Below, piece after piece: positions 1-11,778 of a DNA stretch of 64,000 bases. The stretch covers positions 37,601-101,600 of the forward strand of contig CAWHJC010000014.1 in NCBI GenBank assembly GCA_963829565.1, in the 5' to 3' direction. The stretch comes from an uncultured Actinomycetota bacterium. GTDB taxonomy: Bacteria; Actinomycetota; Actinomycetes; JACCUZ01. The translations under genes and the position numbers were made by a program. Below the pieces are notes generated by a model, which ran no database searches, was not told the DNA's origin, and saw nothing but the letters and a program-made list of their open reading frames with translations. Within the stretch, counting starts at the first letter, position 1; each line of letters starts with the position of its first letter.

Positions 1-88
1 ATCCGTTTCGCCCTTGTGCAGGACCGAGGACGCGGTTCCGGTACCGCAGGTTCATCGAGATGCCGGCGCCGCGTCGTAGCCTGACCCC

Positions 89-1252
89 ATGCGGACCACC
101 CGACTCCGTGTCTCGCTGGGAGCGCTCACCGCACTCCTGGTGGTGGCGCCGCTGGTGACGCTGCCCGCCGGACCTGCTCAGGCGGCGATCGGCATCGACT
201 GGGTGCGCAGGTCGGGCGGCTTAGCTGCCCCGACGCACGTCACCTCGGCGCGCGACGGCACCGGTCGACTCTTCGTCAGCGAGAAGCAGGGCACCGTCCG
301 CATCTTCCGCGACGGCCGGCTGCTCGACCGGCCGTTCCTCGACATCCGCGACCGGGTCCGCGACGAGGGCGAGGGCGGGCTGCTGAGCATCGCGTTCCAT
401 CCCGACTACCGCGGCCATCCCCGGCTCTGGGCGGCCTTCACCACCAATGGCAACGACCTTCGCGTCGTGCGCTTCGCGGCCCGCTCGTCGACGGCGAACC
501 GGGTGTCCGCGGCCAGCGGCCGCCGGGTGATCACGGTGAAGCACCCGGACCAGTACTCCAACCACTTCGGCGGGCAGCTCGCCTTCGACCGCTCCCGGAT
601 GCTGCTGCTCTCGACCGGCGACGGTGGCGGCGGCGGTGACCCGTTCGACCATTCGCAGGATCTCGACACCCTCCAGGGCAAGCTGCTGCGCCTGAAGGTC
701 CTCGGCGCCGGCGCGGCGTGCGGCCGTGCCTATTGCGTCCCGAGCGACAACCCGTACGCCGGCTCGCGGCCCGGCAAGGGGCCGATCTGGGCGAGCGGCC
801 TGCGCAACGCCTGGCGGTTCTCGGTCGACCCGTCCACGGGTGACGTGTGGGTCGCCGACGTCGGGCAGGGCGCCTTCGAGGAGGTCAACCGGATCCCGGC
901 GGGACAGGGCGGCCGGAACCTGGGGTGGTCCTGCAAGGAGGGCTTTGCGACGTTCGACGCGTCCCGCTGCCGTGCGGGAGCCGACTATCATGACCCGGTG
1001 GCGGCCTACGGCCGGGACTACGGCACCTCGATCACCGGCGGGTTCGTCTACCGCGGCTCCCGCTACGCCGACCTGCTGCGCGGACGCTACGTCGGCGGAG
1101 ACTTCGGGTCGGGCCGGATCTTCTACCTCGACCAGACCGGGATCGTCAGCGCGGGCCGGTTGGCAGGCGTCACCAGCTTCGCTGAGGACGCGGGAAGGGA
1201 GCTGTGGGCTGTGACCCTCTCTGGCGGGCTCTATCGGATGCGTGCGTCATGA
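89..1252 (+). CDS. PQQ-dependent sugar dehydrogenase (glucose/sorbosone dehydrogenase family), secreted
   Basis: Signal peptide ending AQA; motifs GLLSIAFHP, NHFGGQLAF, GLRNAWRFSVD, DVGQGAFEEVN, SITGGFVYRG. Confidence 0.85.
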   Translation: MRTTRLRVSLGALTALLVVAPLVTLPAGPAQAAIGIDWVRRSGGLAAPTHVTSARDGTGRLFVSEKQGTVRIFRDGRLLDRPFLDIRDRVRDEGEGGLLSIAFHPDYRGHPRLWAAFTTNGNDLRVVRFAARSSTANRVSAASGRRVITVKHPDQYSNHFGGQLAFDRSRMLLLSTGDGGGGGDPFDHSQDLDTLQGKLLRLKVLGAGAACGRAYCVPSDNPYAGSRPGKGPIWASGLRNAWRFSVDPSTGDVWVADVGQGAFEEVNRIPAGQGGRNLGWSCKEGFATFDASRCRAGADYHDPVAAYGRDYGTSITGGFVYRGSRYADLLRGRYVGGDFGSGRIFYLDQTGIVSAGRLAGVTSFAEDAGRELWAVTLSGGLYRMRAS

Positions 1253-1849
1253 CCACCCTGGCGCGCGTCGCGCAGCTCTGGGTGTTCCCCGTCAAGTCGA
1301 TGGCGGGCGCGGCCGTCGACGCGGCGGACGTCGGGCCCGCCGGGCTCGCGGGCGACCGGTCATGGGCTGTCGTGGACCCGACGGGCGAGCCGGTCACCGC
1401 CGCTGCGGAGCCGCGGCTGCGCGAGGTCGTGCCGAGGATCGAGCATCGCGACCTCCGCCTCGACGTCCCCGGAGCGCCACCAGGGCTCGAGGTGGAGTCG
1501 GCGGCAGAGGCGCTGTCCGACTGGTTGGGCCGGCCGCTGCACCTGGCCTTCAGGGACGACGGGGGCTTCGTCGACGTCGCCCCCCTGCACATGGTGTCGA
1601 CGGCATCGACGGCCGACGCGCAGCACGCCGAGGAGTGCGACACCTGTGACGTCGCGGCGCCACGGGCCAACCTGGTCCTGGACCTCGAGCTCGGGACAGG
1701 GTCGGAGCGGGAGTGGGTCGGTCGGTCGCTGCGGTGCGGGGACGGCCACCTTGTCCGTCGTACGTCTGCCGAAGCACTGTCTCGGCGTCTACGCCGAGGT
1801 GACCGTGCCGGGCTCCCTACGGGTCGGAGACGTCGTCTCCGCCGACTGA
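1249..1849 (+). CDS. MOSC domain protein (frameshift ~1750)
   Basis: ATGA overlap with upstream gene; LWVFPVKSMAG, GLAGDRSWAVVD, RANLVL; C-terminus CLGVYAEVTVPGSLRVGD in a second frame. Confidence 0.75.
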
Positions 1850-1947
1850 TCCGGCGGGCCGCTGGCGCGAAAACGTGGGCGAGCGGGCAGCCGGCTGGTC
1901 GATAGCATCGCTCGCGTCCGCTCCACCCTCTCCCGAAAGGCCTCACC

Positions 1948-3922
1948 GTGTCCGACCTGCGCATCACCGTCGACGGCAGCGAGCGTCAGGTCGCCGCCGG
2001 CACGACGGCCGCGGAGGTGCTGGGCGAGGACCGTTCGGTGGTCGCGGCCCGCGTCGGGGGCGTGCTCAGGGACCTGGCGTACGCCGTGCAGGACGGTGAC
2101 CAGGTCGAGCCGGTGGCGATCGACAGCCCGGACGGCCGGGCGATCCTGCGCCACTCGACAGCCCACGTGATGGCCCAGGCGGTCCAGGAGCTCTATCCCG
2201 GGGCGAAGCTCGGCATCGGCCCGCCGATCGAGAACGGCTTCTACTACGACTTCGACGTGGAGACGCCGTTCACCCCTGACGACCTGTCGCGCATCGACAA
2301 GCGGATGCAGCAGATCGTCAAGGAGGCCCAGACCTTCACGCCGACGTGTCGTCGGTGACGACGAGGCGCGGGCGGAGCTGGCCGACGAGCCGTACAAGCT
2401 CGAGCTGATCGGTCTCAAGGGCGGGGCCGCCGCCGAGGCCGCCGAAGGAGCCGACGCAGAGGTCGGTGGCGGTGAGCTGACGATCTACGACAACCACCGC
2501 GACGGACGGCTCGCTGGCGTGGAAGGACCTGTGCCGCGGGCCGCACGTGCCCACCACCCGGCACATCCCGGCCTTCAAGCTGACCCGGTCCGCCGCGGCC
2601 TACTGGCGGGGGAGCGAGAAGAACCCGCAGCTGCAGCGGATCTACGGCACCGCGTGGGAGTCGCGCGACGCGCTCAAGGCCTACCTCGCGCGGCTGGCCG
2701 AGGCGGAGAAGCGCGACCACCGCAAGCTCGGCGCCGAGCTCGACCTCTACTCGTTCCCGGACGAGATCGGCTCCGGCATGGCGGTCTTCCACCCCAAGGG
2801 TGGCGTGATCCGCCGGGTCATGGAGGACTACGTGCGGCAGCGGCACGAGGAGGAGGGCTTCCTGTTCGTCGGCCACCCCGCACATCAGCAAGGAGGGTCT
2901 GTTCCACACCTCCGGGCACCTGCCGTACTACGCCGACGGGCATGTTCCCGCCCATGGACGTGGACGGCAGCGCCTACTACCTCAAGGCCATGAACTGCCC
3001 GATGCACAACCTGATCTACCGGTCGCGCGGGCGGTCCTACCGCGAGCTGCCGCTGCGGCTCTTCGAGCTCGGTGCGGTCTACCGGCACGAGAAGTCCGGG
3101 GTCGTGCACGGCCTCACCCGGGTGCGCGGCTTGACCATGGACGACTCGCACTCCTACGTCACCCCGGAGCAGGCGCCGGCCGAGATCAAGCACCTGCTCG
3201 ACTTCTGCCTCAGCCTGTTCCGCGACTTCGGGCTCGACGACTTCTACCTCGAGCTGTCCACCCGCGACGACGACTCGTCGAAGTTCGTCGGGACCGACGA
3301 GCAGTGGGCCGTCGCCACGGACGTGCTGGAGGAGGTCGCGACCGAGTCCGGGCTCGAGCTCGTCCCCGACCCGGGCGGCGCGGCGTACTACGGCCCGAAG
3401 ATCTCGGTGCAGGCCGGGACGCGATCGGCCGCACCTGGCAGATGTCGACGATCCAGTACGACTTCAACCAGCCGGCGCGGGTTCGAGCTGGAGTACCAGG
3501 CCGCCGACGGCACCCGACAGCAGCCTGTGATGATCCACTCGGCGAAGTTCGGCTCGATCGAGCGCTTCATCGGCGTGCTGGTCGAGCACTACGCCGGCGC
3601 GTTCCCGCCCTGGCTGGCGCCGGTGCAGGTGGTGGCGATCCCGATCACCGACGAGCACGTCCCCTACCTGCAGGACGTCGCGGCGAAGCTCGCGGAGCGC
3701 GGCATCCGGGTCGAGGTCGACACGTCCGACGACCGGATGCAGAAGAAGATCCGCACCGCGCAGAAGCAGAAGGTGCCGTACATGCTGCTGGCCGGTGACG
3801 AGGACGTGGCCAAGGGCGCGGTCTCGTTCCGCTACCGCAGCGGCGAGCAGAAGAACGGCGTGCCGGTCGCGGACGCGGTCGAGGAGATCGTCCGGGCGGT
3901 CGCCGACCGGGTCCAGGTGTGA
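1948..3922 (+). CDS. thrS: Threonine--tRNA ligase (several indels)
   Basis: [67 protein letters not shown] across frames. Confidence 0.95.
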
Positions 3923-4501
3923 GCACCCGCGATGAGCGACCGCTTCCGAGCGGGCCTGAGATCGTTCCGCAGGAAGGCGTCGGCACGCCCGACCGCCTGC
4001 AGCGGCTCTGGGCGCCGCACCGGCTGGCCTACGTCAAGGGCGAGGACGGCACCGGGAGCGTCGACGGCGGCTGCCCGTTCTGCCGGATCCCGACGCTCGA
4101 CGACCGGACCGGGCTGGTCCTTGCACGGGGCGAGACGGTGTATGCCGTCCTCAACCTGCACCCGTACAACCCGGGGCACCTGATGGTCGTCCCCTACCGC
4201 CACGTCGCCGAGCTCGGGCGACCTGACCGCGCAGGAGGCCGTCGAGCTGGCGGACTTCACCCGACGCGCGGTCGACGCCGTCCGGGCGGCGTCGTCACCC
4301 CACGGCTTCAACATCGGGCTCAACCTGGGTCACGTCGCGGGCGGCTCGCTGGCCGACCACCTGCACCAGCACGTCGTCCCGCGGTGGGGCGGGGACGCGA
4401 ACTTCATCACCGTCCTGGCCGGGACGAAGGTGATCCCGGCGCTGCTCGCCGAGACCCGGGACCTGCTGGCCGACGCCTGGGGCGACGGGGAGCCGTCGTG
4501 A
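3919..4501 (+). CDS. HIT family hydrolase (Ap4A phosphorylase-like), frameshifted
   Basis: [34 protein letters not shown]; histidine triad HLHQH at ~4360; usual position after thrS. Confidence 0.88.
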
Positions 4502-4900
4502 CGCCGAGCCGCCCCACCATGCTCTACGACGGCGCCTGCGGCTTCTGCACCCGCTCCGTCGAGGTCGCGCTCGAGCGGCTTGCCCGACCGCGTCACCTGG
4601 GTGCCGTACCAGTCGGTCGACCTGGCGGCGTACGGCGTGAGCGAGGCCGAGGCCGCCCGGTCGCTGCACCTGGTGGACCCCTCCGGCCGGGTCGAGCACG
4701 GTGCGGCAGCCGTCGCCCGCCTGCTCGTCGTGTCCGGCGGTGCCTGGGCGCTGCTCGGGGCGGTACTGCTCGCCCCGCCGCTGTCCTGGCTGGCCGAGGT
4801 GGGCTACCGGCTGGTCGCGCTGGCCCGCAGGCGGCTGCCCGGCAGCACGCCGGCGCTGGCCCGCCTGCCCGAGGACCGGCCCGGCGCCCGCCGAGCCTGA
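4498..4900 (+). CDS. DCC family thiol-disulfide oxidoreductase (DUF393), frameshifted
   Basis: YDGACGFC (DxxCxxC); SLHLVDPSG...GAAAVARLL...YRLVA. Confidence 0.8.
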
Positions 4901-4916
4901 CCTGCCTGCGCGGCGA

Positions 4917-7087
4917 TCAGGCCGTCGGCGTTCTCGGCCTGGATCTTGGCGGCGAGATGCGAGGGCATCGGCTCGTGGCGCAGGTAGGTCCGCGAGAAGG
5001 TGCCGGTGCCGTGCGAGAGCGAGCGCAGGTCGACGGCGTACCGGGTGATCTCGACCTGCGGCACGTCGGCGCGGACCATCGACCGGCCGCTGCCGACCGA
5101 CTCGGTCCCGGTCACCCGGCCGCGGCGGGTGGACAGGTCGCTCATCACCGCCCCGACGTACTCGTCGGACACCAGGACCTGCATCTCGTCCACCGGCTCG
5201 AGCATGTGCACGGTCGCGGCCTTCGCCGCTTCCTTGAGCGCCAGCGCCCCGGCGGTCTGGAAGGCCATGTCGGAGGAGTCGACCGAGTGCGCCTTGCCGT
5301 CGAGCAGGGTCACCTTGATGTCGACGACCGGGTAGCCGGCGGCGACACCGCGCTCCATCTGGGTGCGCACGCCCTTCTCGACCGACGGGATGAACTGGCG
5401 CGGCACCGCGCCGCCGACGACCTTGTCGACGAACTCGAACCCCGCACCGGACTCCAGCGGCTCGACCTCGATGTCGCACACGGCGTACTGCCCGTGTCCG
5501 CCGGACTGCTTGACGTGGCGGCCCTTCCCGGCGGACTTCCCGGCGAAGGTCTCGCGCAGCTGCACGCGCAGCGGCACGGTCTCGACCTCGACGCCGTAGC
5601 GGTTCTTGAGGCGGTCGAGCAGTACGTCGAGATGGGCCTCGCCCATGCACCACAGGACGAGCTGGTGGGTCTCGGAGTTGTTCTCGAGGCGCAGCGTCGG
5701 GTCCTCCGCGACGAGGCGGCCGAGGCCCTGGGACAGCTTGTCCTCGTCGGCCTTGGACTTGGCGACGACGGCGACCGGCAGCAGCGGGTCGGGCATCAGC
5801 CACGGCTCCATGAGCATCGGGTCGTCCTTGGCCGAGAGGGTGTCCCCGGTCTCGGCCCGCGTCAGCTTGGCGACCGCGCAGATGTCGCCGGCGATGGCCT
5901 GCGACAGGGTGCGCTGGGTCTTGCCGAGCGGCGAGGTGATGGCGCCGACCTTCTCGTCGACGTCGTGGTCCTCGTGTCCGCGGTCGGCACCAGGATAGTG
6001 GCCGGAGACGTGCACCGGTGGTGTCAGGGCGCAGCGAGCCGGAGAAGACGCGGACCAGCGAGATGCGCCCGACGTAGGGGTCGGTCGTCGTCTTCACGAC
6101 CTCGGCGACCAGCGGGCCGGCGGGGTCGCAGGTGAGCGGGCCGCGCGGGGCGCCGTTCGGCGTGGTCACCGGAGGCACCTCGTGCTCGAGCGGGGACGGG
6201 AACGCCTGGGTGACGACCTCGAGCACCTCCGCCGCGCCGAGTCCCGTCGGGGAGGCTGTCGCCAGCACCGGGTAGAACGAGCCCCTCGCGACCGCGGTCT
6301 CGAGGTCGTCGATGAGCACCTTGAGGTCGATGTCCTCGCCGCCGAGGTAGCGGTCCATCAGCGTCTCGTCCTCGGACTCCGCGATGATCCCCTCGATCAA
6401 GGCGTTGCGGGCGGTGTCGATGAGCGGCAGGTGCTCCGCGTCGGGCTCGCGCTCCACCCGGCTGCCGCCCGAGTAGTCGGAGACCGTCCGCGACAGGAGG
6501 CCGATCAGCCCCGCGGGCGAGCCGTCGTCGGCGGCCATCGGCAGGTAGAGGGGCAGCACGCCCTCGCCGAAGACGCGCTGGCAGATCGCGACCGCCTCGT
6601 CGAAGTCCGCGCGGTCCTTGTCGAGCTTGGTGACGACGACGGCGCGGGGCATCCCCACGGCGGCGCACTCCTCCCAGAGCATCTGGGTGGCGCCGTCGAC
6701 ACCGTCGACGGCGGACACCACGAAGAGCGCGGCGTCGGCGGCCCGCAGCCCGGCCCGCAGGTCACCGACGAAGTCGGCGTAGCCGGGGGTGTCCAGCAGG
6801 TTGACCTTCACCCCGCCGTGGGTCAGCGGTGCCAACGACAGCGAGACCGAGCGCTGCTGTCGGTGCTCGGCCTCGTCGAAGTCGCTGACGGTCGTCCCGT
6901 CCTCCACCCGTCCGGCCCGGGTGATGGTCCCGGTGGCGGCCAGGAGCGCCTCCACGAGGGTGGTCTTCCCGGCCCCTGAGTGGCCGACCAGCACGACGTT
7001 TCGCACGGATCCCGGCTGGTCGGCCGCCGGTGCACCTCCGGCGGCTCCGGCACCACTGCTCGTCTGCACCATCTCGACCGCCTCCAC
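4917..7087 (-). CDS. fusA2: Elongation factor G-like protein EF-G2 (frameshift ~6020; the ORF as read runs on to 4804)
   Basis: GHSGAGKTT, DTPGYADF, VKQSGGHGQYA, LLDGKAHSVDSSDMAF, MLEPVDE, DLRSLSHGTGTF; likely true stop TGA at 4917-4919. Confidence 0.88.
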
Positions 7088-7229
7088 TCACTGCCGTCCG
7101 CGGACCTCGTCGGGGTGCCCTGCAGCCTTCACCCGGGACCGGTCCGCGCACAAGGGGCAGGGAGCACTCGGCCCCGCTGCACGGCTGACCGGAGCGGCGA
7201 CGACCGGGCTCGATAGCATCCTGCGCACC

Positions 7230-7842
7230 ATGCTGAACCGCTTCGCGCGTGCACTGTTCACCCGCATCTTCACGCCTATCGCAGCATTCCTGGTGCGGCG
7301 GGGAGTGAGCCCCGACGCGGTCACCTTCTTCGGGACCCTCGGCGTCGTCGCCGGGGCGCTCGGCTTCTTCCCACGCGGCGAGTTCTTCTGGGGCACCGTC
7401 GTCATCACCTGCTTCGTGTTCTCCGACCTGGTCGACGGGACGATGGCGCGGATGAGCGAGCGGTCCAGCCGCTGGGGCGCGTGGCTCGACTCGACCCTCG
7501 ACCGGGTGGGGGACGCTGCGGTGTTCGGCGGCATCGCCCTGTGGTTCGCGGCCGACGGCGACGACCTGCTGATGTGCGCGCTCGCGCTCTACTGCCTGTC
7601 CATCGGGCGCCGTCGTGTCGTACGCGCGCGCCCGCGCCGAGGGGCTCGGGATGACAGCGGACGTGGGGATCACCGAGCGGGCCGACCGGCTGGTCATCGT
7701 CCTGGTGGCTACCGGGCTGGACGGTCTCGGCGTGCCCTACCTGCAGGCGCTCGCGCTCTGGTACGTCGCGGTCGGCAGCACCGTGACGATCGTGCAGCGC
7801 GCGCTGGTGGTCCGCCGGCAGGCACTCGCCGAGTCCCCCTGA
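7230..7842 (+). CDS. pgsA: Phosphatidylinositol phosphate synthase (CDP-alcohol phosphatidyltransferase), frameshift ~7605
   Basis: SDLVDGTMAR...GAWLDSTLDRVGD motif; SYARARAEGLG, ERADRL; synteny with patA-pimA. Confidence 0.9.
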
Positions 7843-7843
7843 C

Positions 7844-8762
7844 GTGCGGGCCGCGCTGACCTACCGGCTCTACGCCGCCGCCTGGGCGCTGGTCCGCTGG
7901 CTGCCGGAGCGGGCGGCGTACCGGTTGTTCTCGCTGGTCGCCGAGGCGATGTGGCGCCGGCAGGGTGCGGCGGTGCGGCGGCTGGAGGCGAACCTGCGAC
8001 GGGCCCGGCCGGACGCCGGCCGGGAGGAGCTGCGGTCGCTGACCAGGGCGGGGCTGCACTCCTACCTCCGCTACTGGTGCGACGCCTTCCGGCTGCCGGA
8101 CTGGGACCGCGACCGGGTCGTGACGACGGTGCGGGTCGAGGGCGAGCACCACCTGCGGGACAGCACCGGCGACGGTCGCCGGGGGGTGGTCGCCGCGCTG
8201 ATGCACATGGGCAACTGGGACCACGCCGGCGCGTGGGCGTCCCTGACCGGCGCCCCGGTCGTCACCGTGGCGGAGCGGCTGCGCCCCGAGCGGCTGTACG
8301 AGCGCTTCCTCGCGTACCGCCAGGGCCTGGGCATGGAGATCCTGCCGCTGACCGGCGGCGCCGGTGACCTGCTCGACACCCTCGCCTCCCGGCTGCGGGC
8401 CGGCCGGCTGGTGCCGCTGCTGGCCGACCGCGACCTGCGCTCGTCGGGGATCCCGGTCGACCTGCTCGGGTGACGCGACGCGGATGCCGCCGGGGCCGGC
8501 GATGCTCGCGCTGCGGACCGGTGCGGCGCTGCACCCGGTGAGCATCTGGCACGAGGACTCCGGTGGCAGCGTCCCGCGGCTGGTGATCAGGTTCCACGAC
8601 GAGGTCGAGCCGCCGCCGGCCGGGCCTACCCGTGAGAGGGTCACGGCCATGACCCAGCAGGTCGCCGACGTGTTCGGCGAGGCGATCCGCGCCCACCCGC
8701 AGGACTGGCACATGCTGCAGCCGCTGTGGCTGGACGACCTGCCGACCGCCGTCGGCAGGTGA
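7844..8762 (+). CDS. patA: Phosphatidylinositol mannoside acyltransferase (frameshift ~8470)
   Basis: SYLRYWCDAFRLP, HMGNWDHAGAW, LLADRDL, HPQDWHMLQPLW. Confidence 0.88.
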
Positions 8763-8772
8763 TGGAGACGCC

Positions 8773-9932
8773 GTGAGAGTCGGCATCGTCTGCCCGTACT
8801 CCTGGGACGTCCCGGGCGGCGTGCAGTACCACGTTCGGGACCTGAGCGAGGTGCTCCGGTCGCGCGGTCACGAGGTGTCGGTGCTGGCCCCGGCGGACGA
8901 CGACACCCCGCTTCCGCCGTACGTCGTGCCGGCCGGCCGGGCCGTCCCCGTGCCCTACAACGGGTCGGTCGCCCGGGTGAACTTCGGCCCGCTGTCCGCC
9001 ACCCGGGTGCGGCGCTGGCTGCGCGAGGGCCACTTCGACGTGCTGCACATCCACGAGCCGGCGACGCCCTCTCTGTCGCTGCTGGCCTGCTGGGCGGCGA
9101 CCGGCCCGATCGTGGCGACCTTCCACACGTCGAACCTCCGGTCGCGCGCGATGATCGCCGCGTCCCCGTTCCTCGAGCCGGCGCTGGAGAAGATCGGCGC
9201 CCGGGTGGCCGTGTCGGAGGACGCGCGGCGCACCGTGGTCGAGCACGTCGGGGGTGACGCCGTGCTGATCCCGAACGGCGTCTTCGTGGACCGGTTCGCC
9301 GCGGCCGAGCCCAACCCTGCCTGGCGGGGCGACGGACGGCACGGTCGGCTTCATCGGCCGGCTGGACGAGGCCCGCAAGGGCCTGCCGACACTGCTGGCA
9401 GCGATGGAGCAGGTCGTGGCCGAGCGGCCCGGGGTCCGCCTGCTGGTGGCCGGTCGGGGCGACGCCGAGGAGGCCGTGGAGGACCTGCCGGACGGAGGTG
9501 CGGGCTCGCGTCACGTTCCTGGGGACGGTCAGCGAGGCCGACAAGGCGCGGCTGCTGCGCACCGTCGACGTCTACGTGGCGCCGAACCTGGGCGGCGAGA
9601 GCTTCGGGGTCATCCTCGTCGAGGCCATGTCCGCGGGGGCGCCGGTGCTCGCCTCGGACCTCGACGCGTTCGGCCGGGTGCTCGACGACGGCCGGGTGGG
9701 CGTCCTGTTCCCCGCGGGTGACGTCGCCGCGCTGTCCCGGTCGCTGCTGCGGCTGCTCGGCGACGACGAGCTGCGGGCCGGCCTGCGCGCCGGTGCCGAG
9801 GCGTGGGTGCGGCGCTTCGACTGGGCAACCGTCGCCGACGAGCTGCTCGCGGTGTACGAGACGGTGGCCGCCGGCAACGACGCGGTCGGCGAGGCCGACG
9901 TCCGTCCCTGGCGCGACCGCCTCCGCCGCTGA
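8773..9932 (+). CDS. pimA: GT4 phosphatidyl-myo-inositol alpha-mannosyltransferase (frameshifted)
   Basis: MRVGIVCPYSWDVPGGVQYHV, DVLHIHEP, APNLGGESFGVILVEAMSAG. Confidence 0.9.
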
Positions 9933-9950
9933 CCCACGAGCCAACCGCCG

Positions 9951-10036
9951 GAAATGATCACGGGGACGTGATCATGCCCCGGACAGTCGTGAATTCAGCG
10001 CGGTCGGGGCAATGATCACGGGGACGTGATCATTTC
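9951..10036. repeat. REP-like doublet: two copies of the 22-bp imperfect palindrome ATGATCACGGGGACGTGATCAT
   Basis: Identical 22-mers at 9954-9975 and 10012-10033, intergenic after pimA. Confidence 0.8.
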
Positions 10037-10072
10037 GTCGAGAGGTCGTGGGGGTGGACGTACGCTGCGGAG

Positions 10073-10650
10073 GTGTACAGCCCGAGCCTGTCGGTCGTCC
10101 TCGCCGTGGCGGCCGTGTTGCTCGCGGGGTGGTACCTCACGTTCAGCGCCACCCGGCTGGACCGGCTGCACGCCCGGCTCGAAGGCGCCCGCAGCGCTCT
10201 CGACGCCCAGCTGGTCCGGCGGGCCTCGGTGGCGCTGCAGCTGGCAGCCTCCGGCCGGCTCGACCCGGCGACGGCGCTCCTGCTCGCCGACGCGGCGCAC
10301 GAGGCCCGGGAGGCCGACGGCGCGGGGGACCGGGACGTCGAGCAGACGGCCCGCGAGGCAGCCGAGAGCAACCTGACCCGCGCGTTGCGGGCCGCGTTCG
10401 CCGAGCGCGAGGTGGTCGAGGAGCTGGAGGCGGACCCGGTCGGCCGCGAGCTGGTGCATGAGCTCGCCGCGGCCGGGTCTGCGCGTGCAGCTCGCCCGCC
10501 GGTTCCTCAACGACGTGGTCCGCGCCGCGCGGGTGGTCCGGCGCAAGCTGGTGATCCGGTTCCTCCGGCTGGCCGGGCACGCACCGTGGCCGCAGACGTT
10601 CGAGATGAGCGACACGCCACCGGAGACCCTGGCGAGCCGGCGTAACGGAC
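10073..10650 (+). CDS. Conserved membrane-anchored LemA-like protein (resembles N-terminal part of mycobacterial Rv2609c); frameshift ~10490, end approximate
   Basis: TM helix, RLDRLHARLEGARSALDAQLVRRA; second frame LARRFLNDVV...LRLAGHAPWPQTFEM; position between pimA and pdxS. Confidence 0.7.
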
Positions 10651-10670
10651 GTCCCGTACCGTCGTGTCAC

Positions 10671-11708
10671 GTGAGATCGCGTCCCCGCCACCCCTTTGCC
10701 CTGACGGCGGCCACGGCCGTCGCCGTCGCCGCCCTTGTCCTGTCGGCCTGCTCGTCGGACCCTGAACCGCGCAAGTCCACCGCCCGCGACACCGCCTCGC
10801 CGTCGCCGAGCGCGTCGACCACCCCGCCGCCCCCGCCCGAGCCGTCCGTGCTGTCCGGCCGGATGGGTCGCCCGAACGGCCCGGTGTACGCGGTCAAGAT
10901 CGACAACACCGCGAAGTCGCACCCGCAGCAGGGTCTGTCCAAGGCGGATGTCGTCTACGTGGAGCAGGTCGAGGGCGGAGTCACCCGGCTGGCGGCGATC
11001 TACTCCAGCACCTACCCGACGTACGTCGGACCGGTGCGCAGCGCGCGCATCACCGACATCGAGCTGTTCAAGCAGTTCGGCAAGGTCGGGCTCATCTACT
11101 CCGGCTCGCAGACCCGGCTGTTCGACAACCTGCGCGCTGCCCCGCTGGGGCTGGTGTCTTTCGACCAGGACCGCACCGGCTACCGCCGGGCCCCCGACCG
11201 GCCGCAGCCCTACGACGTCATCGGCGACTTCGCCCAGCTGCGAAAGCGGGCTGGGAAGGTCGACCCGCCAGCGACACCGGGCTACACGTTCGGGGAGGCG
11301 CCGGCCGGAGGGAAGAAGGCGAAGGCGTTCACGGCTCGCTACCCGGGCGCCCGGGTGAGCGGCACGTGGGCCCCCAAGGCGGGACGCTGGCAACTGTCCA
11401 TGGACGGTGTGCCCGCCCGCGCCGCGGAAGGCGGTCGGCTCGGGCCGACGACGTTCATCGTGCAGTTCGCCACGGTCCGGGCCTCGGTGTACCACGACGT
11501 CAACGGGGCAAACACGCCCATCACGGACACCGTCGGGCGCGGCAAGGCACTTATCTTCCGGGACGGTCAGGTGTTCGAGGGAGCCTGGGAACGGAAATTC
11601 GCCGGCCGGCCGACGTCGTACACGATCGGCGGCGAGCCGGCCGTCCTCGCGCCGGGGCAGGTCTGGGTGGCGCTGCTGGGCCGGGACCGCCCCGTGGACG
11701 TGACCTGA
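10671..11708 (+). CDS. DUF3048 domain lipoprotein
   Basis: Lipobox LSAC; [39 protein letters not shown]. Confidence 0.85.
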   Translation: MRSRPRHPFALTAATAVAVAALVLSACSSDPEPRKSTARDTASPSPSASTTPPPPPEPSVLSGRMGRPNGPVYAVKIDNTAKSHPQQGLSKADVVYVEQVEGGVTRLAAIYSSTYPTYVGPVRSARITDIELFKQFGKVGLIYSGSQTRLFDNLRAAPLGLVSFDQDRTGYRRAPDRPQPYDVIGDFAQLRKRAGKVDPPATPGYTFGEAPAGGKKAKAFTARYPGARVSGTWAPKAGRWQLSMDGVPARAAEGGRLGPTTFIVQFATVRASVYHDVNGANTPITDTVGRGKALIFRDGQVFEGAWERKFAGRPTSYTIGGEPAVLAPGQVWVALLGRDRPVDVT

Positions 11709-11778
11709 CCTGACGGCTGACCGAAGGCGGTGGGTTCGCGGCGGGCGCCGGGCGCGCAGGCGAGCGCTCGGGCCTACG

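Noticed and set aside
10458-11708. Apparent LemA-like/DUF3048 fusion ORF
   Set aside because: An internal signal peptide and lipobox start at 10671, and an out-of-frame TAA near 10644 suggests an indel removed the stop
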